DNA of 64,000 nucleotides from Rotaria socialis (Eukaryota): NCBI GenBank assembly GCA_905331295.1, contig CAJNYD010000322.1, positions 186,001 to 250,000 of the forward strand, read 5' to 3'. Shown piece by piece: positions 12,140 to 25,684 of this stretch (position 1 is its first letter; each line of letters starts with the position of its first letter). The notes under the pieces were generated by a model. It saw only the letters and a program-made list of their open reading frames with translations, ran no database searches and was not told where the DNA came from. The position numbers and the translations under genes were made by a program.

Positions 12140-12720
12140 GTCTTTTTTATGCTGATTCTGATGATGTTGGCAGTAGCTTTATTGCTTCTTTGCTCGGCTC
12201 TTTTTGTACTAGTATACGTTTTAGACTATCTGTGAGTCGATTCGCATATATGACAGGTATGCCATCTAGTGGCGTACCTTCGAATATCTCTTGCCATATC
12301 GGATGGAAATGTGTTCCGAAATTTGCTAACGATGGTGCATATATAAAATGTAAGAGGATGTCTTTACTGAAATTTTATTCTCTCTTTTTTTTGTTGTTCC
12401 AGGTTGTATCTAACACTAATTCTCTGAATTTTGAGTGATCTTTACTCAAGAGTATTTTCGATGTTTTCATCTCTGTAATGTCATAGAAGAAACGTTTGAT
12501 ATGTTTATCAATAGATCTGGGTGGATATTTGTTCAAAAGTAAGGTTATGCTAATTTTTTCTAACTCATGATGTAGATCTTCGGGGGTGTGAGCAAATGCG
12601 AGTCGTTCGTAGTGCTGCTGCATATAGTATATTTCTTGTTATATGTGAAGGATGTAATGAATGGAATGGTAGCACGTATGGTTGGGCTGCTATTTTTCGG
12701 AAAACCGTTATTCTAAAATG
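12140..12720 (-). pseudogene. Penelope-like (Athena-type, endonuclease-less) reverse transcriptase C-terminal remnant
   Basis: Frameshifted minus-strand pieces FRITVFRKIAAQPYVLPFHSLHP..., ELEKISITLLLNKYP...IKRFF and FGTHFHPIWQEIFEGTP...ANRLTDSLKRILVQKEP resemble the PLE RT thumb/C-terminus; no GIY-YIG motif follows. Confidence 0.65.
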
Positions 12721-12829
12721 ACGTATCTAATCATGGTCAAGTGCATTTTGATTGGTATAAGAAATGCTCACTTACAACGAACGTTCCATCTTTCTTTCCT
12801 TCTTTTTTTTCTTTAGTCATGTATATTTA

Positions 12830-12996
12830 GGCCCCAATCACACTGAGAAGTAAATTAACATTATAGTTGAATTAAGCCATGTGATTGGTGCATTAAGAGT
12901 TAAGTAATCTTTTAGAGGTGATTTAACTCTTTATGTATCAATTAGATTGCTTAATACGACTTTAACTTAATTCACATTTCCAGTGTGATTGGGGTC
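12830..12996. mobile_element. PIF/Harbinger-like MITE
   Basis: TIR GGCCCCAATCACACTG / CAGTGTGATTGGGGTC with TTA on both flanks. Confidence 0.75.
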
Positions 12997-13318
12997 TTAA
13001 TATCAACCTCTTTTTATTATTATTAAATATGACTATGGTCAACTGTAAATATAGATCCATATACAGTAAATGACATTATTTTTCTTCGTTCTATAAAAAA
13101 TAAACTTATTTAATTAGTCTACGTTAGATGTGTTCATTAATTTATATTTTATGTATTCTTTCTTGAAAAATTAATAATTCTTATGTATATATTCATAAAT
13201 TATATTTATTCAACATATTTCTATAGAAGATCGACAGACGATTCTCATTCTAAGAAGATGACATTCTGAAAAGAACAATACTATGTAATAGTGAATACCA
13301 TGTTTTATAAACCCAATT

Positions 13319-13480
13319 TGAGTCGAATCGAATCGAATTACAATCTTGAAAAACCAAAAAAGCCGAATCGAGTCCCGGTCCTGAAAACCCGAAATGAATC
13401 GAATAAAAACTTTGAAAGACCAGAAAACTGGAATCGAATCTGAATCCAGGTCCTAAAAAATCGAATCGAATCCGAATGGC
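13319..13480. repeat. GAATC-rich degenerate tandem repeats, likely MITE interior
   Basis: Repeated AATCGAATCGAAT...GGTCCT units. Confidence 0.5.
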
Positions 13481-14413
13481 AAAAGTACCATTCGTTTCGG
13501 TCTCTGATCCACATCTACACCCTGGGTAGTGCCGTAGACAGCATTTTCCAGTGACGTACATTTTAAAAAGTTGAACAAGAGGGGAAAGCATTGTAAGTAA
13601 ATTTAACTATCCATGAAAAACTTTTAAGTTCGATCAGCTTTTAACATACCAAAAAACATGATAGCAGAATAATTAAGTTCATTGTCAGGAACTTATGTTC
13701 GAGTACCTCATAGATAAAAGAATGGTACAAACTTGAGTCTAGCATAAATTTTACTCAATTACGTTGGCTCTATCTTCTCTGAATGTTTCAATTGTTTCTA
13801 GGGAATCATTCGTGAGATACATGGAAACAGTGAGGAGAGCAGAAAAAAATCGAAAAATTCATTTTTACAAAAACGATTGACTGATTTCAAAGCAGCCCGT
13901 GGACATCCCAAGTTTATTGTCATACCACGTTGTACACTGGAGAATGGTCTTCAGCACTGCGTTGATACATTAAAAAGTGAGTGTATACTTTGGGAGAAAA
14001 TCGAGGCCCAAAATCGACTTTGAGCAAAAAGTTGATCTGTCCTCCAGATATCCTGCGCGAACGCTATGGTCTAGAGAGCTCAAATTTATATGATGATTAG
14101 ATAGACTTGAGATGTCCTCATGTGAGAAATTTCAGGTTTCTATCATTTCTCAGTCTGGCGATATGAGCAGTTAAAATTGGTAAAAAGGTGATTTTTTCCT
14201 TAAATGGTGAAATCCATAAAATACCAAAGACTCAATTGTTGGAGCTGAAATTCTTTTTACACGTAGAAATTAGCTGGATGTTGATGTATCAGGGGTTTCA
14301 GCCCAACTGATTGATGCTTTTTTGAGAAATAGGGTACCGTAAATGGCCTCCTATCGCAGTGAGTTTTTATAGTGCTCTTCGTAAAAATTCAATAAAAACT
14401 GAATGGTTTAATA

Positions 14414-14718
14414 CCCAGGTCGACTGATCCGATAGGAACCTGGAAATATCCTACAATCCGATACAATTCTATTGGATTCCGGGTCGAGGAATCGATGTCG
14501 GATCCTCAGTGTCGGAATCCTATGAACTTCCGATGACATCCAACGGTTTTTCGTTGGAATTCATAGGAATCCAACACTGAGGATCCGACATCAATTCCTC
14601 GACCTGGAATCCAACGATAATTCTGTAAGATCTGACAGGATCCGATAAAATCCTATTGGATTCCAGTCGGATCGGATGGGTTCCGATAGGTGCCTATTGT
14701 CGGATTGCTCAACCTGGG
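14414..14718. mobile_element. CMC/EnSpm-like MITE abutting the inner edge of the right TIR
   Basis: Termini CCCAGGT / ACCTGGG with TA on both sides; internal palindromic GGATCC/GGAATC repeats; a related end at 63854. Confidence 0.7.
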
Positions 14719-16014
14719 TATTTTTGAATCGGCTTACGCCAATATTCGTTAAACACTTGCCTCTATCACATATGTTTAAATGAGGCGAATCAGATAGAGT
14801 ATCGATTGAGCAGCTTCGGTCGTTGCGTACGTGGAATGGCTCATATGATTAGTTCATCGTTTGTTTTTTATTTTGTCATTTTATCACTTCATATTGATCT
14901 ATCACTTTGAATTAGGCATATAGTTTGCAACTATCTGAAATATTTAGAACTAACTAACTGATTGATTTATTGTAATATTTACAATGTTGATTCTTTTACA
15001 AAGAATCCAAGATGATATTTTTTCGTCAAAATAAATTGAAATCATTCAAACACAAATTACTAATTTCCATTAATTTCATTTGCATGCAAAATTGTGATAT
15101 ATGGCATTGTTGAACAATGTCAAACAAGTAAGAATATAATTCATTTGAACAGTAACTTCAATATTTTTTAAAACTCTAATATAATATTATGAATTTATAA
15201 AACTATGAATTTTTTAATCATCGAGATACTTCAATACAATCACTAAGCTTAACTCTTGAATAGATTCTAGTTACTTCTTTTGACAAACTACTTAGTTTAT
15301 TCATTTAAATAAATTTTAGTAACGTTATTTACATGTTTTCATAATGGTAAGTAGATAGTAATCATACAAAGTGTCAGAAGAGATTATTTCTATCTCAGTG
15401 ATAATTAAAAGACAATTGCTTCGGCAGTTAGCATGATGAAAATTTTCTTTTTTCTCTTGTTGATTTACTAATTATATGTGTAAAAGATTGAGTTCGTTTA
15501 ATTTTGAGTTGGATGCAAGGAACTGCGAGATCAACCCTTTTTAGTTTCAGTTCCAATCCAAATACAATTAATTAACTTGATTCTGATTATGGTTCCAGTA
15601 GAATGAAAATTTCTTTGAGTGTGTATTTTGTAAGTCTGAGCACTGTTGAAGCAGATGAAACAATATTCATGTCTTGCAAGAAAATTACGTCGATACTGAA
15701 TTCGAGTTTGAATATCAAAAGAAAATTCAAAAAACTTCTGTGTTCGTACAATTCGTGAGAATTAAAATTTCTAGCATCTTTCTATAGAATACAAAATCTC
15801 AAATAAATCCAATCCGACCTGGTTCCTATTCAGTATGCTTTGTTCCTCATCAGCCGACAAAAGACACTTTTTTCGGTTGGTATTGATTTACTATTTTCTA
15901 TTTTCTATTTTCTATGCATCGAATGCTTGGTGAGACACAATCACAGCTGTCATATATATATATATATATATATACTTTTAGTACTACGTCATTTTTAAAA
16001 CAAGAGTGATCGAA

Positions 16015-16974
16015 ATGCGGATAATATTCTTTATACTAATAGGATGTATTTCAAGTCTTACTCAAGGACAATCTCCTTCGGATGATGCACGACATAAACT
16101 TGTAGCACTCATTGGAAACGTTCGTCAAGCTGATGGATATCGATATAGTTCACGTGATCATCTTGGAAATACAATGGACTGTGTTAAAATTATTAAACGA
16201 ACTGATAGTGAAGAATTTATTGGTGTTTATCATACCTACATAAATAATGTGCCACGAGTTAATTTAGCTATATCAAATGATCTTCTGAATTGGAATTGGC
16301 TTCAGGAATTAGCTTATTTTGGTTCTCAACCAACAATTGCTGTGCCTAGTGATCACCCTCAAGGTTATATAGTCGCATGGGAACAAGAACCTAATAATCA
16401 TTTACAATTTTCTTTTTATCCAACATGGTCTGATTTACAAGCTGGCAGATCTCAAAGAAATTATTCTGTTCCGCGTGCATTATCTCGATGTGCCGAAGGA
16501 ACTCCTAATATATATGGTCAACCAACACTAAATAATATTGATGTTGGCTTTCACTTTTATGACAACTGCGTTGTTGATCGGCAAGCTCGTGCTACATTGA
16601 AAAATTTCAATCTATGGACACAAATCCGAAAACAACCAAACGTTGATAATGCAATACTTCATTATGGTGTACAAGGTAACATTGGTGATCGAGATGCACT
16701 TTCGAGTTTTAATAGTTTTGCCTTTACGATTATCGAAGGACAATATAAACCACAAGATTTTGGTACTTGGCGTACCTTTATATTTGATCCACAGACAGGT
16801 AATGCCGATCAAGTACCCGTTGTTACACATGGTGGAAGTCAAGCATTTGCTAATCCAACTATGACACTCAGTAGTTGGAAGGATCAAAATATTTTAATTG
16901 TCACTCTTTTCGTACCCAGTGAACAATCAGCCCCAGGCGAAGCAGGCGAACTTATTTATTATCATAAACTATAG
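16015..16974 (+). CDS. Intronless secreted protein, probable beta-propeller fold, bacterial-like (HGT candidate)
   Basis: Signal peptide MRIIFFILIGCISSLTQG; beta-rich repeats with an SxDLxNW (Asp-box-like) motif, SQPTI, GNIGDRD and FANPT; single exon. Confidence 0.8.
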   Translation: MRIIFFILIGCISSLTQGQSPSDDARHKLVALIGNVRQADGYRYSSRDHLGNTMDCVKIIKRTDSEEFIGVYHTYINNVPRVNLAISNDLLNWNWLQELAYFGSQPTIAVPSDHPQGYIVAWEQEPNNHLQFSFYPTWSDLQAGRSQRNYSVPRALSRCAEGTPNIYGQPTLNNIDVGFHFYDNCVVDRQARATLKNFNLWTQIRKQPNVDNAILHYGVQGNIGDRDALSSFNSFAFTIIEGQYKPQDFGTWRTFIFDPQTGNADQVPVVTHGGSQAFANPTMTLSSWKDQNILIVTLFVPSEQSAPGEAGELIYYHKL

Positions 16975-18228
16975 ATGATTTCTTTTTAAGTAAATGATGA
17001 ATATTGAAATTTTCTTAATGTTATTAATGATACGCAGATGGATTACATTAAATTTATTTTTCTTTCAACTCTGCTTGCTACATTTTTATAGAACCACAGG
17101 TATTTTCTATTTTTTTTCATACGGTTGGATAGAATATTTGATAACTTCATTGAAATACATAAATATATATATATATATATTGTATTCATTTTAACTATTA
17201 AAAAAATGTATGATATATATATATAATGAAAAATATCTCGTTCAATAATACCATAATGAGGAATATTTTAGGTATTTATTCTATTACAAAAACTCATGAG
17301 AAACCTGTTTGAAGAAATAACTCCATTGATATATATATATACATGTATGCATGCAGGTCGTATCGTAACTGTACCAATTTAAGTTAAAAGAGCGAGAATT
17401 ATATATATATTTGAAAGTTGTCATGACATTAATAGACAACGATACTTCTTTTTTTAACTATACTAAACGGTAAAACGTTAATTTTAATACTCAATTAATT
17501 ATGATATATTCATCAATTGTTATCTAGTTATAAAAATTCCTCGATTTAATCAGATTGGTTTTCCTATATAGTTTTAATTCTTTCAGTTATTTTTATATGA
17601 ATCTATAGACTAATTAAATGAAGCATGGCCATTGGCGAACTACGTATATCATTTGGGTTTTGCGTTATGTTTTTGTTATTCTTAACTATAAATACAATAT
17701 ACAGTTGAATAAGTGCATGTATTGATTGTAATGAATATGTAGCTATAGAATGATTTGTTTTGACAATAACGTCTGTATGCAATTCTTCTGCAAATCTAAT
17801 AATTAGCAGTGCATCATTTTTCTTTCCTATCCATTATCGAAATGGGCATTATAAAAATTAGACGATCGATCACAATCAATATATCAGACTTTTGCTTACT
17901 TATTATCTTTAAATATCGTTTCAATATAAATCGATTATCTATCGTTCAAATAAAATTGTGGCTTCAATGAATTCTATACTCCATTTAAATCATGTGAAAT
18001 TTAAAATTCATCAATCAACTCAATGATAATATACGTATATAATGAAATAGGTTTACTTTGAGTGTCCTTATTTATCTGATAATTTCAACGATGTTTTGTA
18101 ATCGTTTTTCATCAATATTTTGAAAAAAAAAGAACTTTACAAACATTCGTATACATTCGAGTGCACATCTGACCTAGGTAAAAGTAGTTATTTAGAAAAA
18201 CAAAGGAAAACGACAAGAAATTATTAAC

Positions 18229-20726
18229 TTAAATAATTTGTAAACGATGTGCTCGATGTTCAGAAATCAAAATATGACCATCTTTAAGTAATAATATATC
18301 ATAGGGCCCATGAAAACCGATTTTTGAATGTACAAGTTCTGTTGTAGTGAAATCATTATTGAATATTGTTACACGATTATTTCCTTCGTCACAAACAAAT
18401 AGTCTTTCGGATATTTCATCAAAAGCGAGACCTAATGGGCGAAAAAATTCTGATAAAAGTTTGCCACGTTGACCGATCGATAATAAATGATCGCCATCAC
18501 AATTAAATATTTGTACTCGATCATTACCCCAATCTGATACTGCTAAACGGTTACCACTAAGTACACATACACAAGCTGGACATTTAAATTGTCCATTATC
18601 AGTGCCAAGACCACCCCAGGCAAGAATAAATTGTCCTTGTTCACTATATTTCAATATTCGATGACCACCAGCATCACATACAAATATGTAATTGTCTTCA
18701 TTTGTACATAAATCACATGGTGCTGAATATTGACCTATATCTCGGCCATATTGACCGATAACTCGGATTAATTTAAAATCTCGATTAAATACTTTTATTC
18801 GACGTTCAGATTGATCAATTAAATAAAGTCGATTATTGCAATCAATATGAACAGCATATGGATGATAAAAACGTGTTTCACTCGTTTCACTTACAGCTTT
18901 ATGAACTTGTTGAAAGATACCATCAATACTGTATGTTACCAAGCGATTATTATAAGTATCACATACATCTATGATAAAAATAAAATTCGTAAAAGAGTAA
19001 TGTAAAAATGATTGACTTTTATTTACAAATGAGTTGATCTCTTTTTGAATAGGCTAATGATGACGGATGCATAAATTCAGTATCACGTGTTCCTCGTTTA
19101 CCAATAATACGTGGTGTACGTTTATGATTTTGTGATTGTAGTGGTTGACGACAATGTCCATTATTATCAGATGCTGATGCGTTGGAACGAAAAGATGGCG
19201 ATGAACTATTTGGATAATCACTTTGTTGTTGTAATGTAGCACTTAAACAACGAATTAATTGTTTCGAACAATGTTGCAAGTCCATATTAGTTGATGATGT
19301 TGTTAATGGTGAATCAGTTTTTAATGATGATTGAAATATTGATGAAAGTTGAACAGCGCTTTCAATTGGTTCAAGCACCATTCCAATTTCAACAAAACCC
19401 AATGAAATAGCATCTGATGATATATCTCGATTAAAAAATGAGATCTATAATAAAAACAAACTACAAATAATCACTAATTTAAGCATACACTGTGGCTTAC
19501 GCGACGAATAGGTGTTTTAACAATCAGTATTCGATTTTGAAGATCATTGACACTAAGTACATATTCTTCACATCTTTGACGAATTTCAATTGCTTCTTGA
19601 TCTGTTTCTTCTTTACTAGAATAGAAAAATACAAGATTTTGATTTTTTTTTCATATTTTTAATATAAATATTTTTTAATTAGACTGTTTGGAATTGAAAC
19701 TAGTCAATAGCAAATTATAGTTTTGATATATACCTGCGTAATTTTCCTTGAGATTGTAAACAGAATTCATTGATCAATGAGAGATCTTCAAGGCAAGCTT
19801 TTTTTTCAGTAACTAATCTAAAATATTAATGGTCAAATAACAACTATACAGACGTAATAATACTTACCTCTGTTCAGCACTACTAAATTCTTCTACATTA
19901 TGTAGTAATTTTGTTTCTTCTTGTTTAATTTTTTCAATAAGATCAGCTACTTTATTTCGAATTACATTAGCAATATCATTTGAGTAGCACACGTTTTCCT
20001 CATGATTTTTTATATTTTCAACTTTGATTTAAAATAAAAACATATTTATTATTATCAAGAGAAAGTTAACTTTTATTTTACCTTCTTTAGCAATTAATTT
20101 TTCTGTTTCTTGTTGAGTTTCATTTAATTTTAAATTTATATATCTTGAAAATTCTTCATAATGTTGTCGACGACATGTGCAACATATGGCTTCTCGACAA
20201 TGTTCACATACCTGAATAAAAGGATATGGCATCTATTTTGATTTCAATAAAATCAGTAAACTAGTTACGGTAATTGTATCATCTAATTTACAAAGAGCAC
20301 ACTTTGCTTTAAGCATAGGTTTTGGCTCATTATGTGACAAACTTTCAAGTAAATTTACAATTGTTCGATTTACTTCAAATGAACCTACGCCGGCAAATGG
20401 TACTCTATAACATCCACGACATACAGGACCTAAATAGTTATGTATCAAAGAATAAAAATAAATCAAATTCTTATAATATATAATTTACATCGACCCCAAC
20501 GATCTTCTGTTATTCGTTCTAGGCATAATTTACAAAAAGTATGCTGACAAGGTAATTGTAGTGGCTCATGAAATATTTCAAGACATATTGGACTAAAATA
20601 AAATCAATTCAAATAGCTTGATACTATTTATCTTATTTACCATGTAATTAATTGAATAATTGATTTTGAACTACGACTTGACTCAATTGTACTTGAGCTC
20701 GAACTATTATCGATGACGTCTGACAT
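18229..20726 (-). CDS. TRIM-NHL family E3 ubiquitin ligase (RING, B-box, coiled coil, NHL repeats), multi-exon
   Basis: RING CPICLEIFHEPLQLPCQHTFCKLC...CPVCR; B-box C..C...CEHCREAICCTCRRQH; NHL repeats such as GQFKCPACVCV...VSDWGNDRVQIF; ATG at 20726. Confidence 0.9.
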
Positions 20727-23700
20727 TAGCTAAAAAGAAGAAATAAAATATTACTTGATATTCAATAAGAAAAATACCGATCGAGGAGAATCACATGATT
20801 GCTTCTGATATTGATTTAGAGCGATCAAACTTTTCATTATTTTCAGTTTTTTTAATTTTTTTACAAATGCTGAATACGCGATTTAAGATATAAAAAATAA
20901 AACTTCACAATTATTCACGATATTTGTATTTTAGTAGCTATGATTGAATATATAGCTACTAGTTGTAAGTGATTGTGAGAATATTATTGAGAAAGAAAAG
21001 GAGAAGAAAAAGCGAGCGAGAGAAAGGAACTTTAAGAATATAATAGAAACTGTAAATATATTGCGGACGATTTTCGTCATAAGCTATAATCATCGAACGT
21101 ATACAAACGAAAGAATCAATAGAGAACACACAAAGTGCAATTATGGACCAACACCACACGTAAAATATTAGTATTGTAATCGTGAATACAAAACAAAACA
21201 AAACAAAAAGAGAAGACATTGTTGAACTCACTTCTTTCAACACTATTTCTTTGAACACTACCAGATGGAATCGCTCTTTCTTGTTTCTATTAAGACATTT
21301 GTTTTTATATATATATATATATTTATATACATCAAAATGTATGTGTACGTGTGAATGTGCTCGTTCAATCACGAAAGAACACAATGAATGCTAGTGATGC
21401 CAACAACTAGATTAGATTCCTAACACCAACATTTTCTGCGATGATGAATGACTTATATCGATACCAGTGTACGAATGATTATGTAATATAAAAGAAACTC
21501 GATCAAATGAATACATTCATACATTCCTGAAGGCGCCTTGTTTAGCTTTAGGTGATGATCATTTATACTGATAAATACGTAGCACCTGTGAGAAGAATAT
21601 TGACTATACTTTCGTACTTTCGAGAAGTTCAAGATGAACAAATTCAATAAATGTTTGCCATCCTCTCAACTGTTCATCGTTCTCTTTCTCACTAATGCAT
21701 CTAAATATTAAAAAAAACGAAGCATTATAAGAGAATTTCGGTCAAATTACATATTATCGACTCGTTGAACGTTTTTGGTGTATCACGAGAAGGATAGAGC
21801 AAAGAAAATAAATAAATTCACCCACCTTCTCTTTTCAATTCAAATCAATATAAATATAAGCTAGATAAATGGTAGCTACTTTTGATATTAATTAGATGTG
21901 CCCTAGTTCATTCGATCTAACAAACATAAGTCACAATTCATGCAATGTAGTCTAATCTACGACGGAGGCGCACAAGTCTATAGCTAGCTATACAATTCAT
22001 TTTGAAGGAGAAGAAACCAGATAAATGATAGAAGAGAAAGAACACAGTTAATCGAATAACGAAAGAATTGCAAGATTTTTTACCGAACACATTTTTTGTT
22101 ATAATCAAAAGTTCAACATTCTCATGTGAGTTAGATTAATCGATCTTTAAATTGTCTTTTTCTTCACTTGATTGTCAATAAAACAAACTGTATTTGCTAG
22201 TTATCTTGCTTCAAAGATATAGGAGAGAAAATGTTACCAAAAGTCGATGAACTATAGTGAACGATAAACGTTTTCTTTTTTCTCTCCTTCTATTGCTCTT
22301 TCTATACATAGTTTTATATTGTACATATATTGCTAGTGGATACGGACAGACACGTAAATGTTGTAGAATTTTTCTCTCTTTCATCATTGAGAACTGATAA
22401 ACAAGTCAAAAGTGCTCGTAATGCATGAGCGTATGTACTAACGAACGTTTAACTTTATGAATCAAATCGACCTAGAATATATATGAAATGCAAGATTAAT
22501 CTTGTATGGAAGATTAAAACAAAAGATAAGATTATTTATATAACTAGTATTGAGAAAGTCTATATCTAGTATTATGTCTTCTCTTTCATATTTAATTATT
22601 ATTTAAACATAGTTAAATGAAATCTTTACTTATTGTGCAATCTCTTGTTTTTTTTTCTTTGTCTAACAAAACACTAATAATAGGTCAGAGGGTCTTTCTA
22701 CCTATTTTACGCCATATTAAATATCAGATTTTTCACAAAAACTTAAGTTCTAATGTGCAATATCAAATCATAAATGTCACAAGTTTTATTTTATCATTTG
22801 ACAAAAATGTCTTTACTTCATATGGATTACAGCATAAGATTATGTGCATTTCATAGGATGTCTTATCAAATATAGAACTTTTAACCATGAAACAGACCTG
22901 ATACCATTCTTTCTGATTATCTAATGCATAATTAATCATTCGCCATTTTGATCTTTATCACAAGAGAAGTCAAACGGACTACTATTCGAATGCTAAATAG
23001 CACTGTCACGGATTAAAACTATCATTTATCAAAAGCCATACTCGTCTTACCAGTATTTTACTCTTCTATGCAGACATGAGTAAACATAGTTTTAATAATT
23101 ATTCCAAGAAGATATTTCGCAAGTAATTGCAACTAACACTGAATCAAAACTTGATAGGAATAATCGATCATTAAAACAAGCTCATGAAGCAAGAATAGAT
23201 AAAAAATTCAGTTAATGAAACTGATAAGATGTTTATTTTTCAGATCAAAGATAATAATGTAAATAAGATTAAGAATACTATTGGAAACAAATCGAACTGA
23301 CAAGATCATAAAATATTGTCAACAATAGTTGTATTTAACTGATTTTTATTTCATTAGGTTATAACTGAAATTGTTTAAGACGTGCCTTCAAATTTTTCAC
23401 CAACAATTTTCATGCTAAAAATCAATAGACTACACAATAATTGTAAAAAAAAACAGTACTTATTTTGGAAAAGAAGATTGAGATAGGTGAGAAATAAGAA
23501 ATAAAATAAATATCTATGCTGCATGACATTATATGTCATTGGATTGTGAGTCTCATACAGTTTGAGTCGTTGTTGATAGACCACGGAATGAAGAAAAAAA
23601 ACTGCTGTATTTTCTAAATCTGTATATGATTTCAACTATGAATTAAAGAAAGTTTTGTATCGAAACAGGAATATAAGAAATTTTTCTTTTGTAAATGATT

Positions 23701-24861
23701 TTTTTCAAGAGGTTTCTGATACTGAGTGAAAATATTCGTTTGAATCAATCAAAATTAGCTACAAAATAGAATATTAAAATAGATATGGTGCTGTCGAATG
23801 CTTCTATCAATGGAACCAACAATATCAAATATTTGAATACTACTGAGATCTCTAACTATGGGCTCTTTTTTTCTTGACCATAAAGATTTTAAAATAGAAT
23901 AAACGTGCTCTTTGATAAGAATGTTCTGAAAACAGAAAATTCTATTGCTTCAAGTAAATCAGCATTGCGATTTCAAGTTTATCCTTTTCGTAATTGTAAG
24001 AAAAAAAGAATGTTTTTTTTCTTTTAGTTATCAATGATAGAAGAAAGAAGACACATCATTATCTTTCAAACTGATTCGTCAAATGAAAAACCTTGTTAGC
24101 TTAGCTACTTTCTATCTAAAATATGGAACTTACGTACATATATTATCCTATAGCTTCGATAACCTTATGCAAAAAATAGGTAAATTGAAAATTCTAAAAT
24201 AATTCAAATCTATCTTGTTCAGTCGCAAGAAGTTTTCGTTTCATATTTTGCTCTAATGAGAGTTTCTCGTTATCCAAATGATAAACTAATTTGTTCGCAT
24301 ATATTTAGTAATAATTGTTCATCTTATGAAACCAATGACTAAATCCTAATATCTGATTTTTTAATGTTAGTTCTATCATCTGATTTATTCAATAGGATGG
24401 AGGAACTGATGAATGCAAAAGCGATTTTGTTGTACAATCATTTCTCTGTCATCGATGTAGAATAAAATTTCAGTTTTGAACTCAACAATGATTGACAAAA
24501 CAAGCAATTTTAGTTGTACGACAGCGTCTAGCCTACCGCTACTAGAGTATATGTTAATTTACATATTATAATTGTTTCAAATCATGTTTTTTATTGTTGT
24601 AATATATCATTAGAAAAACTCTTTAATGGTTAGCTTACGCCATCTGAATGTTTCTTAGAAACAACCAATCAGTGTAGAAGTTGTTGTCAACCTTTGTTTC
24701 TGCTTCTCTTCTCTATCGCTTTTCTGTTTATCATCTACTTCGAATTGAATGACACAAGATAAATTTTTGCATCGTCATTTTGTAGGGCGATCTTATATAA
24801 TTATATCTAAATTGTTGCTTCTTGCTCTTCGTTGTGTTTCTGCTTCTAATCAATAAAGATA

Positions 24862-25598
24862 ATGTCTTTCAAGACATGCAAAATTGTTGTCTTCTCCATT
24901 TTCGTTTTAGCTGCTGCAATTCTATTAAATTCAAACGGACGACAACATATGGCTAGTTTACTTCAATTTGGTAAATCACTATTTTCTGCTCGTCAAACAA
25001 ACATCAATGATCCAACGAATCAACCTTCATTTTATGATCGTCAATTTACTGATATTCAAGGTCAACCAGTAGATATGAATCAATTACGTGGAAAAGTTGC
25101 TTTACTTGTTAATACAGCTAGCGAATGTGGATATACGCCACAATTGTATACATTACAAGAACTACATGATAAATATAAAGATAAAGGTTTTACTGTATTG
25201 GTAAGATTACTTTTTTCTTGTTAAATTTATTTTGTACTTAGTTTTCTTCTCAATTGATTTAAAGAGTATGAAAGACAGTCTAAAAATTTTTGTTATGTTT
25301 TTACTAGGGTGTACCTTGTAATAATTTTGGTAAACAAGAGCCAGGTGATGAACCACAAGTATGCTCATTGTATGCAAGTAAATTCAAAACAACATTTCCT
25401 CTAACAACAAAACAAGATAAAGATAAGCCAAGTGAAGTATTTCAATGGATTATTGATGCTGGTGGAAAAGATGTATTACCTCAGTGGAATTTTCATAAAT
25501 ATCTTATCGATCGAGAAGGTCATCTCGTAGCTGCTTGGAATAGTCGAGTGAAACCATTAGATGAAGAAATTACAAAAGCAATTGAATCAATCCTCTAA
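24862..25598 (+). CDS. Cys-dependent glutathione peroxidase with N-terminal signal/anchor; intron 25201-25307
   Basis: Motifs VNTASECGYTPQ, GVPCNNFGKQEPG and WNFHKYLIDREG; catalytic residue encoded by TGT, not Sec. Confidence 0.92.
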
Positions 25599-25684
25599 CT
25601 ATATTTTACAACATTATGTCTTATTTTGTAGTATGTTCTTTAAGAAAAAAGTAAAATAAATACGTCAAAAGATTCATTACATTT

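Larger units (their letters stand above)
1914..14842. mobile_element. Large non-autonomous TIR element or TIR-bounded composite segment, Sola-like termini
   Basis: 1914-2034 (GAGCCATTACACTTAATCAACGACCGAAGCTG...GATTCAAAAAT) is the inverted copy of 14720-14842, with about 12 substitutions and one 2-bp indel by eye; ATAT at 1910-1913 and 14843-14846; no transposase ORF seen. Confidence 0.65.
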
